Assembly: GCA_905178155.1 (NCBI GenBank)
Contig: CAJINV010000006.1
Span: 958,378 to 1,003,344, forward strand
Source: Amoebophrya sp. A120
Lineage: Eukaryota; Protista; Dinoflagellata
Length of the DNA stretch: 44,967 nt
Direction: 5' to 3'
Shown here: piece after piece, positions 12,040 through 24,700 of the stretch
Numbering within the stretch: the first letter of the stretch is position 1
Layout of the letters: each line of letters begins with the position of its first letter
The notes under the pieces: generated by a model
Told to the model about the DNA's origin: nothing
What the model saw: the letters and a program-made list of their open reading frames with translations, nothing else
The model's database searches: none
Made by a program: the position numbers and the translations under genes

Positions 12040-12385
12040 AATTCCTTTTCTTATTGGGTACAAACACGTACGCAATGCCCGTGCGGAGAAGAGGGCCCTG
12101 ATTTTTACATTGTTACAACTCTGCTTGTCACATTTCTTTCCATTGTCCGACCACTATACGGATCTGCTTTTAAACAAGAAAGCGGTCCGTCGTAGGCGGT
12201 CAGATGCTTTTCTGAGCGCCGTTTTGATTTCATTTTGGGAGGTTATTTTTGTACGTATTAATTTCGCATCCGAACGCTTCGAGGCATTTTTGTCTAAATA
12301 CAAATGCCAGGAGAGAGCAAACGCACTGCATATCCATGAAAGAACTTAACGCCAAGCTATACAGAAACGCCACGGATTGAAGCAG

Positions 12386-12386
12386 T

Positions 12387-12417
<31 letters not shown>

Positions 12418-12438
12418 CATGATGATGATGATGATGAT
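12386..12438. repeat. (GAT)n microsatellite
   Basis: About 17 GAT/TGA units with one interruption. Confidence 0.95.
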
Positions 12439-15400
12439 GCCAGGAGAGACAGGTTGCAGAAATATGAAAAATGTAAGAAAGTTCGAGTTGTACTTGCAAA
12501 CAGAGCGAGTTTGTTTTACGTATAGAGCCTGTAGTTAAGTAGAAGTACACCTACACTAGTACATGACAGCCAGCAGTAGGTCTACAATAAAGTAAGCGCT
12601 TTTCTTCAGACTCTTGCTGGTCGCGCCAGCCGCTTCACTTCTTGCTAGAGCTAGTACTTTCGAGCGGGTATGAATGTTTTCACCCGCGTCACTTTTGATT
12701 GCTTTCCACTTTATCATTTAGATACGTATGATCTACAACTACTATCGACCCTGTTTTGATATCTCCGGGTAAGTGGTGTTTCGCGACGCCATGCAGTTGG
12801 TGGTGTTAGTCCCAGAGTACTAGTAGTTCCAGTTTTCGTTTATTTCGGCGTTTACGAGGTGGCAAAAAGAAACTCAGCTGACCCACAGTTAGTTTGTTAA
12901 AGTAGTTGTACAGTATTGAGACCGACTTTTTTGTGTTTGTTTTCATATCATCGGTCAACGTGTTGTGTTGACGGACCTACCACTCACGGTAGAAATCCTC
13001 ATTGCGATATTTGTCAGATTGTTTCTGTTTTTCGAGCTTTATACGAAGACTTTTAATTCCATCTGCTCTACAAACAAATGTTTCATCAATCCAATTTTGT
13101 AAAAGGCAGCTAGGGAGAGGCAGATCATGAAGGAGGAACAAGACCACAAGCACGTTGTCCACCCAATCAGGAGGAGTCAACGTGTGTTGAGGACGAACCT
13201 CCAGTGTTGGGAACACTAGCTAGCTTTACCTATCGCAGATTTTCGTTATCGCGCAATATTTATAAAAAGAGTACCGAGCTACTTACTCTATTATTTTGTA
13301 ATTCATTGTAGCGCAGTTGTCCTTGCTGGAAACGAAAAAGGCAGAATGAGAAAATTTTCGTTTCCACAGAAGCGCAAGGATTTCATTTGCAAACAAGAAG
13401 GGAATGAAAATTAAACAAAACAAAACCCGCAGTAGCGGTCCACTGTTGGGTATTGTAGTGCTACATCAACACTTTCTTGGCAGCATTGTCGTCAGTGCAG
13501 CAACAGCATCGACTTCCTTGTAAGAAGAAGCTAAGACTCGAGGGCGTGTTCATCTTTTCTTTGCCAACAGTTGTGCGAGGGCGAACCAAGCACGGACGTA
13601 CAACAGAACGGCAGCAAAACGAGATGTCTGCGTCTTATGTCGTAACATGCAGACTGACATCTAGTGCTAGTCTTATGAATAATATACAAGACGGAAAAAA
13701 AAATCAAACTGCATCTCGTCGGGTTCGCTCCACACGGCGCCCAACAAGTGCTAATCGTTTATTTGTTGATATCTTCGTGTTGTGCTTGTGGGGTCAAACT
13801 TATCGTGTAGTTTGTTGTAGCTTCTACTGAACAAGCAGTTGTAAGTTGCAGCTGAGAGAGCAGCAGCAACATGTAGTCCTAGTACAGATTGATCCCATTT
13901 CGAGTTGCACCAGGGGACTTTCCTAGTACATTGATTGATCCCATTTCGAGTTGCACCAGGGGAGGACCGACCAGGTAGATCTTCGTGTCGTCGTGAGAGA
14001 AACGGAAAAACAAGAACGGTCGTCTCGTCGGGTCCCTTCTAGAGCGCAGTCTCGTTTTATTCAAGTACAACAGGGTCGATTTTTCGTTTACCTAACCAGT
14101 GTGAGAAACAAACAAATGAACCTAAATCATACTTAGGAAGGAGCACAGTAACAGTCCGACTGTCATGATTGTTGCGAGTGACGGTCGCTGGATTGAAATT
14201 GAATATCTGACGTTCGGCCGCTAGTTTTTCTAGAAGTGGCAGACCAGGTTCTTTCTTGGGAAGAGAATTAAATGCATATATAACTGTTGCGCAAGAAGCT
14301 GCTACAGGAGCAGTAAAATGTGCCTCGAAGCAGGCGATGCCGGCGCTGGACCACGATCATCCCTGGGAGGTCTACTTCATACTTCGAGACCCGGTGGACG
14401 TGGAGATCATGATGTTGAACACGTTGAGAGTAGTTCTTCATCAACAACAGTCATTTCCTCGCCTGCGTTGTTGAAGAGTCGTGCTGCTGGTGTAGGAAGT
14501 GGTGTTAATACAACGACTAGCTCGTCCACCTTCCCCTCGCGAAGGCCCGACGACCGCTGTAGGAGCTCTTGTTTTTCGTCATCCTCTGCAACATCTTCTT
14601 CAAGCAGAAGAAATACAACTACAACTATGTCGATGAAGAGAAGAATTACTACGACGAAAGAACCCCGCACTGCGACAGAAGCAGAACAACTCCTGCCGGT
14701 GTCAAGGTCAACGCCTACGTCCAGTACCATACATTGCGCAGGGGGTGTTGAATCCGTAGAGGAGCGGAAGAAAGGGGGGTATAGTTTTGAAATGGATTCA
14801 CTTAGCAATAGCATTGTACCGAATTGAACTTTGATAAAATACAAGGATCGATAGCAACAAGGATTCACCATACAAGTCACAACTACAACACAAAAGACGA
14901 GAAATTCTGAAAAAATGCACCCTCTTATGTTTGTACTGGTTTCATTTTTGAGTCTGAAAATTTATGGAAAACGGGTAAAAGTTATATATCTTGGTTCAAT
15001 TTCTTGAGTATAAAGTTGTGTGATCATCATGAGCATTTGTTCGACGCGGCGTGAGTGTGCCGAAGTCGTTCGTAGAGCAGGATGGAAAAAAAAGATGCGG
15101 AACAACGGGTACTATCTTGAATGGAAAACGGAAAACTTGTAAACTCACCGCACCATCGCCATCGCTTTTCGCAATGTGTTTATGTAATATGCTTGACGGA
15201 AAAATAACAAAAAGATAAAAGATAAAGATCCAATTTCATCTCGTCGCGTTCGATCCACATGGAAGTAATCGTTTATTCGATATCGTGTTGTGGGGTCAAC
15301 GTCAAAGTATATCGAGTTTGCAACTTCTATTGAAGTAGGTTGCAGCTGAGACGAGAGCAATAGCAGCAGCATGTGGTCCTTGTTGCGAGCTGTACCAGGC

Positions 15401-16133
15401 TGGGACCTCCAGGTAGATCTTCGTGTCGTCGTGAGAGAAACGGAAAAACCAGAACGGTCGTCTCGTCGGGTCCCTTCTAGAGCGCAGTCTCGTTTTATTC
15501 AAATACAACAGGGTCGATTTTTCGTTTACCTAACCAGTGTGAGAAAAAAACAAACCCAAATGCAAATCATACTTAGGAAGGAGCACAGTGACAGTCCGAC
15601 TGTCATGATTGATGCGAGTCACGGTCGCTGGATTGAAATTGAATATCTGACGTTCGGCCGCTAGTTTTTGTAGAAGCGACAGAGCAGGTACAAGTTCTTT
15701 CTTGTTAAATATAACATTGTTGTGCGGCAAGCTACAGCAGTACCAGTATGGTCCCCGCAGCCGACGCCGGCGCTGGACCACGATCATCCCACCTGGAAGC
15801 AGGTCTACTTGATACTTCGAGGGCCGGCGCCGGTGGAGATTATGTTGAACACCAACACGTTGAGAGTAGTTCTTCATCAACAGCGGTCATTTCCTCGCCT
15901 GCGTTGTTGAAGAGTCGTGCTGGTGGTGTAGGAACTGGTGTTAATACAACGACTAGCTCCACCTTCCCCTCGCGAAGCCCCTGCGACCGCTGCAGTACAA
16001 CCTCTTCTTCGTCATCCTCTTCAACACCTTCTTCAAGCAGAAGAAATACAACTACAACTATGTCGATGAAGAGAAGAATTACTACGACGAAAGAACCCCG
16101 CACTGCGACACGGATGGGCGGAAGTACGCCGGA

Positions 16134-17033
16134 ATGCTGGACACGAACGGCGAGCCGGCGACGGGCTACAATTTTGGCGTGATTACGTACCCGGGTGATG
16201 GGCGAGTGTTCACCGGGAAGGTGGACAAGGACGGCAGGCCGGCGGCTGGCCCAGGCAAGATGACCTGGCCCGAAAACAAGGATGCGCACGGGAGGAAAGA
16301 GTACAAGGGAAATTTCAGCGACGGCGAAATTGCCGGCGACGGCAAGATGGTGTGGTGGGATGGGTTGGAGTTTGACGGGAACTTCGAGGACGGCAAGCCG
16401 CACGGCAAGGGGACGATGAGCATGCGGGATCCGAAAAATGGGGAGCGGAAGCAGCAGGGGAACGACTGGAAGTATGAAACGACAGGCAGTTACGTAGGCC
16501 ACCAGAATGGAGAAAAGAAGTATGGCCCCGGCTTACACAAGGGGAACGGTGGCAGTGTCACAAAGTTGTCGTACCCCGGCTTACACAAGTGGTCGTACCA
16601 GGGACAGTTCTGGGACGACAAGGCGGACGGCGAGGGCGAGTGCCGCTGGGCGAATGACCAGGGCCAGTTGATCGCCTCGTACAAGGGACAGTGGAAGGAC
16701 GGCAAGTTTGACGGCCAGGGCAAGCACGAACTTTTGGATGGCACCAAGTACGAGGGGCAGTGGAAGGACGACAAGTATCACGGCCTGGGCGAACTCATAT
16801 GGCCCCCCCACAACGCGGAAAACTTAGACAAGTATAATGGACAGTGGGCGAATGGCGACATCAGCGGCATGGCGGGCACGCTCACGTGTAGGGATACGAC
16901 CGAGCACACGGGAGAATGGCGTTACACACGAAGCGTGGCAAGTTTTGGCAAGTTCCGTTTGGGATTGCATGATGGCACTCGTTTCGTTGGATACCTCGAC
17001 TCGCTCTGCAAGAAGCCCGCTTCTTCGCAGTGA
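16134..17033 (+). CDS. MORN-repeat protein (possibly 5'-truncated or chimeric)
   Basis: Repeated YxGxWxxGxxxGxG units: YKGNFSDGEIAGDG, FDGNFEDGKPHGKG, YKGQWKDGKFDGQG, YEGQWKDDKYHGLG, YNGQWANGDISG. The frame stays open upstream across a junction with the duplicated module at about 16110. Confidence 0.85.
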   Translation: MLDTNGEPATGYNFGVITYPGDGRVFTGKVDKDGRPAAGPGKMTWPENKDAHGRKEYKGNFSDGEIAGDGKMVWWDGLEFDGNFEDGKPHGKGTMSMRDPKNGERKQQGNDWKYETTGSYVGHQNGEKKYGPGLHKGNGGSVTKLSYPGLHKWSYQGQFWDDKADGEGECRWANDQGQLIASYKGQWKDGKFDGQGKHELLDGTKYEGQWKDDKYHGLGELIWPPHNAENLDKYNGQWANGDISGMAGTLTCRDTTEHTGEWRYTRSVASFGKFRLGLHDGTRFVGYLDSLCKKPASSQ

Positions 17034-18709
17034 GTCTTGCGCAGCAAGACTGTCCTCAAACTCGAAGGCAAGCAGATGATCCGACGAGAAGGCCAGTGCG
17101 CCAGCACTTGATGCGCGTTGCCGATGAACAGCGGGGACCGACGCCGCCTCAGCCTGTTCAGTCATCTCAGAGTGGTGTCCACCTGTTTCTCTTGCGAAGA
17201 AAAATAGAAAAAGGTTGTTTGGATCAACAGCAGCGTCACAAACCCATGCTGTATAAAAAAGGTTCTTACATAGGAAAGCTGTAGGCATTCGCAGCTAGTA
17301 GTAGTACCAGAAAGCATATGCGGAGAGATTGTTCTCATTATAATCAAGATCTGCTTTTCCATTTTTTTTTTCTACATCAAAATCAATGTTTAAGATTTTA
17401 CTTTTTTTTTTCCCTGTTTTTTTGAGCTTCGACACCAACAAGAAAACGCGCGTTTTTTAGCCAGCAAGGTCTGGTGGCAAACTGTTGAAAAACACATTTC
17501 CAGCCACTTGCCCGCAGGAACTCAATTAGCACGCACAACAGTCACTCGCTCGTCTAAAGAAGCGGGCACACGAGAATTGCTTTTCTTTTTTGGGTATTGT
17601 AGTGCTACATCAACACTTACACTTCGGCAGAATTATCGTCAGTGCAGCATGGACTTCCTTGGAAGAAGAAGCTAAGACGACGACGAGGACGTGTTCTTTC
17701 CTTTGCCAACAGTTGTGCGAGAGAAGTGTTCTTTCCTTTGCACGCACGTACAGCAGAACGGCAACGAAACTGGATGTCTGCGTCTTATATAAGTATGTCA
17801 TAAGATGCAGACTGAGTAAATCTTGTTTTATGAAGAATACACAAGACGGAAAAATAAAATCAAACTCCATCTCGTCAGGTTCCATCAACACGATGGGGCC
17901 CAAGTACTAATTCTAATCGTTTATTCGATATCTTCGTGTTGTGGGGTCCAACTTATCGTGTGTGTCGTAGCTGCTTCTACTGAAATAGCAGTAGGTTGCA
18001 GCTGAGAGAGCAGCAGCAACATGATGTAGTCCCAGTACATTCATCCCATTTCGAGTTGCACCAGGGGACCGACCAGGTAGATCTTCGTGTCGTCGTGAGA
18101 GAAACGGAAAAACGCTCGTCTCGGGTCTCCTGTAGACGAGCGCAGTTGTCTCGTTATTGCAGTATTCGGGCTTAGACAGAAACCTTCCAATTCTAATCTG
18201 TGATGCAGGAAGTGCATGATCTACCGTATCCGTAGTCCCATACGTTTGCGCATGACAAGATTCGGCACCCAAAACCTCATTGATATCCGGCGAAATTTGT
18301 ATTGTATTGCGAAAAGCGCAACTCTACGTACGTTCCTCATGCTCTTCATGCAAGGGACCGACTCAGTAGATCTTCGTGTCGTCGTGAGAGAATAAACCAA
18401 CGGAAAAACAAGAACGGTCGTCTCGTCGGGTCCCTTCTAGAGCGCAGTCTCGTTTTATTCAAGTACAACAGGGTCGATTTTTCGTTTACCTAACCAGTGT
18501 GAGAAACAAACAAATGAACCTAAATCATACTTAGGAAGGAGCACAGTGACAGTCCGACTGTCATGATTGATGCGAGTCACGGTCGCTGGATTGAAATTGA
18601 ATATCTGACGTTCGGCCGCTAGTTTTTGTAGAAGCGGCAGAGCAAGTTCTTCGGAGAATTCAATACATTATACCATTGTTGCGCAAGAAGCTGCTACAGG
18701 AGCAGTAAA

Positions 18710-21700
18710 ATGTGCCTCGAAGCAGGCGACGCCGGCGCTGGACCACGATCATTCCTGGGAGGTCTATTTATCACTTCGCGACCCGGTGGACGTGGAGATC
18801 ATGATGTTGAACACGTTGAGAGTAGTTCTTCATCAACAACGGTCATTTCCTCGCCTGTGTTGTTGAGTCGTGCTGGTGGTGTAGGAACTGGTGTTAATAC
18901 AACGACTAGCTTCATCCGCCCCTCGCGAAGGCCCTACGACCGCTGTAGGAGCTCTTGTTCTTCGTCATCCTCTTCAACACCTTCTTCAAGCAGAAAAAGT
19001 ACAACTACAACTATGTCGATGAGGAACAGACGAATTACTACGACGAAAGAACCCCGCACTGCGACAGAAGCAGAACAATTCCTACCGGTGTCAACTCCTA
19101 CGTCCAGTACCAAAAAGCTGCGAGGAGCAGGATTTAATATGTTCACGTGCGGCACCAGAAGCAGGAAGTCGAGGTCCTCGTCGTGTAGTTCCACAATTTT
19201 TACTACTCGCACCCTCGCGGCAGTCCTCCTCGAAATCCTTTTCTACTCTTCGCGAAGTTGTACTTTGTTCAGTCCTGTGGCAGCTCGGATAGTGGTCGAT
19301 GAGAGGGCCGCGGCGAGCGATCGTCCAATCATGATACCATTGGAGGATGATAAAGCTGAAGAACCAGATCATGATGACTCGTCGAAAGTAGAAGCTGGCA
19401 AAAATATCAACATCGACGATGTGGATCCAAGCAGCTATGTCAGCGCCGAGCTGTACTACTCCGACTACAGCGACGAACAAGAAGTACAACACGAGGGTGT
19501 CGTCGTGTCGGTGGAAGATGCACCAGGAGCTCCTTCGGACAACCACGACCTGCTCGACGTGAACAAACTACACTACCAGCTGCAGGGGGGCATGATCAAA
19601 CCAGCTGCCAAACAACAAAAGCAGTCCACCTCGTCGCAGCAGGACCAGATCAAGAAGGTGAAAACAACTGATACTGCCTATCAAAAGGAAAAATCCCCCC
19701 TCCCCATATTGAAAACCTATGTTTCCGAAAATTTGTGTTGCTGATTTGAGGTCACAAATCAAATGCGTCTTGCAAGACGACATCAAGGGCAGAAGCTTCC
19801 GCCCCATTAGGGAAGCGATTTGTCATGCTGGTGGGCTTAAAGGGGAGCCGTTTACCATGCTGAACAACTAGAACCATACGCCCCTACCTAGGCTGGGGAT
19901 CTGGCCGCAATGCCTTCCTGCAATACAAAGGCGATTTGTGTACACAAATCCAGCATCAGAAATTTCGTTTTGATATGGGGAGGGGGGATTTTTCCTCTCA
20001 ATACTACCTCTCGTCCTTCATCCTCATCCTCGTCCGCAATCGAGATCGAGAAGACCGCAAGAACTACGCCGACCAAAAATCGCAAAGACCTACAGTTTGC
20101 TGAAAATTTCGCGGTCGAGCCAAGTGGGGAAATGGTAAAAATCGACAAGGACGCAGGAATGACACCTCCAGGTGCTGAAGAGGCAGTGGTGGAGAAAGAT
20201 GTAGTTGACGATGATTTTTATCCGGAACTGGACTTTGATCAAGACACGACGATGTTGCAAGTCGCCACGAAAGAACTACTAACGCGCGTGGAGGAGCGCC
20301 AGCATCGTGCAGCAGCACCACCAGTAGCAGTTCCGGATCCGGCGGCAGTTGCGACCTATCGCAACGATAACGATCCGCAACAGCAACAGCAAGTACCATC
20401 TGCTCTGAGCAATCGGCAACAGCTAACAGCACGCAGCCAGCTCGCGGACGATGTTGTTGATGAACAAGGGCCGTCGACAAGGCAGCCAGCAGCTCCCGAA
20501 CAAACAGGAGCTGCACCGGGCGACAGCCAGGAAAAAGTTCCTGCAGTGGCGCTATCCAATGGTAATGCAAAAGTAAATCGTGCGAGTAGATATTATCGCA
20601 TGACAAATTTTTCCCACAGCATGTTGAGAAAGGGAATTACTATCTATTATATTCATGCGAAAAAAGAGGTCTACAGAGGGTCGAAGGGAGGTGGCCGAGA
20701 GGTCAAAAAGAGGTCGACAGAGGTCAAAAAGAGGTCGACAGAGGTGGAGAGGTGGCGCGGGAGGTCATTCGAGAGGGCGGCCGAGAGGTGGCGCGGGTAT
20801 AGCCCGCCGAAGGGCTCGCCCTAAAGCCGCGCCTATGGGGGACGGAGGTGGCCGAGAGGGTCCCGAGAGGGTAAGCGAGAGGGGGACAGAGGTGCCGAGA
20901 GGTTGCGCGAATAAGGGCGAACCTCTCGCGAACCCTCCTGGCCACCTCTCGGCCACCTCTGTGGACCTCTATCGGTGAGTATAGCCGAACTATTAGCAAC
21001 ACCTCGCGGGAGAGGTCAAAAAGAGGGTCTGCGAGAGGGTCAGAACAACCCGAATCCCCCCGGCACGCAGTCGATTTTCCTTGGGCCTTTCATGGCCTTA
21101 GGCCCGCACCCTTTCGCGCTACCCTCTCGCGCTACCCTCTCGCGCCACCCTCTCGCGCCACCCTCTCGCGCCACCCTCTCGCGCTACCCTCTCGCGCTAG
21201 CGACTTCCGCCGGGAAGCAAATAGAACGGGGGCGGGTGGGTGATGAAAAAAGGCCAGCGCGGCTTCCGTTCTGCCTCTTTCGGCATCTATGTCGAGGCGG
21301 CTTCGTTTCGCCCCCAAGCTTCGCTGCAGCTGCTCCCTGCGCATAGCGCCTGAAGGCGCGGGAAGCGCGCAGGAGGCCCAGCGGGTTGAGATGGCGCAAC
21401 CCGGCGCCAGTATTTCATTCGACCTATCTTCACGCTGTGCGCAAAGCTGTGGCGCCGTGGCCCGATCCGCAGATAGTCCTGCCCCGCCACAACAGCCACT
21501 CGCCCCGGCGTCAGCCGGGGCATGGCTGGTAATATGTAATGCGGATTTACGTTTAAGAAAGTGATTTGTAATGCATGACTGCGATAATTGGTACGAGTGC
21601 AACTAACTTTTGCGACTTGCGATCCATAGGCGCAGGAGGACGACAACTCCAACCTCTCTTTGAGGGAGTGTACGAGAGAACTCTCAAACGTTATATTGAT

Positions 21701-24700
21701 TCGGTGCAATTATACATGATTTATTTGTCATGGAAATACGCCATCACGACGACCCTTCACGTCGCAATAAGATACTTCGCATGACAAGTTCTGTTCCTTG
21801 CGCTATTTATCACATAGGCGGGAATATTAACAAATGAATTCTTGTTGGCAAATGAAAATGTGTATTAATGCTTGACACACAAGCTCTTCGTCTTCCTCTT
21901 CCCTTTCACTTTTGCTAGAATTCTGGCATAACAAGTTCATGTATAACGCCGAACCCAATCAATGTAACGTTTGAGAGTCTGTCGTCCCATACAGTGGCTT
22001 TTTAATACGTCGACACGGGAAAAAATGGGGGCCGTCAGAAGGAACCTGGGATTTGGTAAATTTGATATTTTTTTTAAGTGGCTTGATGCACAGCACCAAT
22101 TATCAAGGAACAAGGAACACTCTGTAGCATGTCGCTATTCGTCATCGCATAGCAAGATCATAATATACAAAACAACCAAAACATCAACAAACATAAACAA
22201 TAAGCTCCCCGTGCCGCTCCCGCGGAGCAGGAAAACGCAACCTCAAACGCGCAACCACCTGCACAACAACCAGCAAGGACCACGACAGGTGCGCCGCAAA
22301 GTAGAATTGCACCGGAACAAGATTCAGCCATGCAAAGTGCTACAGCAGGAGACGTAAATAACTATGGCGGTTCCGTGCAAGCAACACCGGCGCGGCCTGC
22401 TGACCAGGCACTTGTTCCAGCTCCTGAGCAAACCCAAACCACCGCGGGACGTGCACCAGCACTGTTGACACCAGGAGGTGCTCCACCACCAGCATTGGGA
22501 GGAGAGAAGGACCAGAAACCTACTACGTCGCAACGAGTAGACGACGAGGACTCGGCGGATGGAGAAGATGACGGGGGAGCTATTCTGAGTAAAAACTTCC
22601 CCACCACAGAGTTGTCATGCAATTCTGCATGCCAAAAAAGCTTCTCATGCGGAGCCCTATGAGAAGCATTTTCTATTCGTGTTTTGGAATTTGTGATGCT
22701 AGAAACTGCATGCTATGCTAGGTCTGTGATGCTTGTGAACTGGCTAAACAGCATCACACTACGAGGACAAACTTGTCATGCCAGACAACCAAGGCTGGCT
22801 GATTTGTCTAGCAGATTTCCCATCTTGACTCTGGTGTAGGGACGTTTTTAATTAGGATAGGAGCTGACGAGGAGGCCGACGACGACGAGGACGAGGAGGG
22901 CAAGCAGGAGGACGAAGGTGATGATGGTGGTGAGCAGGGCGAGGACGGCGAGTTGGACGCGAATGAGGAGGAGGGGAAACCTGCCACGGCAAAAGGACCA
23001 ACAGCAGCCAAGAAGAAGAAGGGCGATGCCGAGTCTGGTGGTGACCAGCAAGAAGCTGCTGCCGCGGGGGAAGGCGATGCAGATGCAGATGAAGCAGGTA
23101 CTATAATAAGGATGAATTTGTTCTTTCACGCAGAAGTTGTGTTGGAGCAGTAGATAACGTGTAGCTGCAGGTGGTGTTTGGAAAGTGCAATAAAACAAAA
23201 GGTCGACGTAGTTTTTACAATTGCGCTTCTTTGTGTGGCGTGCTGCAGTGCTAGTGTTTTGACTTCGATAGTGCTTTTCCTGCGCGTCCCCGTCGCGGGC
23301 ACCATCATGAACTGCTTTGAATTCTGCAGCCCGGAATTAAAAGTAGAACATCAAAACCAATTTACATCAATTCCCCGAGCAGGTGACGGAGCGGCAGCGG
23401 ACGGAAAGGCTGCCACTGTATGCAGCACAACAAATTGATGTCGACGAGTGCGACAGTTCATCATTTGTTCCGTCGGAACGAAAGTTTTCATGTGAAGACG
23501 AGTGTCGTGCTGACATGTTGATAGATTGCTCTGCAGAAAAACATAAATCTTAATCGCACTGGTGTGGTGGATTAGAAGCTGTTTTCAATTTGAGTTTTGG
23601 TTCCGAGATTTCTGGGTGTTCTTTTTTGCACAGACTAAAGCAAGAAAGGGAATAAAGCCGCGATGCCGTAGCACACCAGCGTTGTTCGTTTTCATCTCAT
23701 GCAAAGGACCTATCAACATTCCGGCACTGGAACTCGAACTGTTGCGCCGAGATGCTTTTAAGAACCATATCTCGCTTCGAGTGCGGCTTCCGACAAGGAG
23801 AAAAAGAAGAAGCCGAACAAGAAACAGAAGAAGGCACTGCAAGCAGAAGACGCACCAGAAGCTGCTGTTGTAGCGGATGGTGACAAAGCGGGCGAGGAAC
23901 AAACCAAGACGAGCTATCGCACGAAAAAACTGTTTCACTGTGATGATCTTGCAAGATCTGCATCACAACTTTGTTACACATGACACGGAAAATTTGCCAT
24001 GCTCACTTCCCAAGTGAAAACACGCTCAAAAATCCAACGTCTTGCAGGTGCAGCAAGACAAATCGTTCTGTGCTCCATTCTCTGCATCACAAGTTCACAG
24101 TGAAACAGTTTTTTCTTGCGATACGAGCAGCCGGGGAAATAAAAGCAAGCCGAAGGCGAAGGCCAAGGGAAAGCGGAAGGCCAAGTATCCTGTGTAAAAA
24201 CGTCCCCGCCCCAGAGTCAAGATGAGAATTTTGCAACACAAACCTAGAAGTTTTGGGACTCACGCATGACAAGTTCCAGTCCGCAGTGTAGGGCAGGTAA
24301 GCAAGGACCGCCGCATTATAATTTCATCTGCTTATGCTGTTTCCAGCATCACAAATTCCAAAACACGGTTGGAGATGCCTATCATGGGGATGCGCATCAC
24401 AAATCTTCCTGTCATTGCAAATCTGCATGACAACTCTGGGGTGGGGACGTTTTTACCCAGGATACCAAGAAGAAATCACCAGGTGAAGATGATGCGAAGT
24501 CCAAGCCGAAGGCGGCCAAGAAGAAGGCCAAAGCCAATGCCAAGTCCAAGGCGAATAAAAAGGACGTCGAGCAACCCGAGCAGGGGAACAACGATGGTGC
24601 TAACAAGTCATCAAACCGCGCCCGGAGAAACAAGGCCGCGGCGGAAGGCACTAATATCCAGTGCAAAAATTACAATTATGTCTGGGTGCGGAAGTAGGGT

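Larger units (their letters stand above)
9642..19112 (+). repeat. Four-copy direct segmental duplication, about 1.3-1.5 kb per unit (approx. 9642-10975, 13445-14730, 14731-16109, 17591-19112)
   Basis: Shared blocks such as GTGTTGTGGGGTC, GTTGCAGCTGAGA, GTAGATCTTCGTGTCGTCGTGAGAGAAACGG, and a shared translation SSS..TMSMKRRITTTKEPRT in ORFs 10524, 14318, 15748 and 18710. Confidence 0.88.
20553..21628. mobile_element. Introner family B expanded by a nested insertion
   Basis: TATCCAATGGTAATGCAAAAGT..ACTTTTGCGACTTGCGATCCATA; DR GGCGC; B-type internal sequence at 20553-20640 and 21535-21628. Confidence 0.8.

Noticed and set aside
12230-12550. Poly-His ORF on the - strand
   Set aside because: It is a translation of the (GAT)n microsatellite.
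15840-16811. Long - strand ORFs overlapping the MORN gene, and similar antisense ORFs over other genes
   Set aside because: Antisense shadows of GC-rich + strand coding sequence.
20655-21564. Several overlapping R/G/P-rich ORFs
   Set aside because: They arise from GC-rich tandem repeats inside the nested insert; no domain signal.
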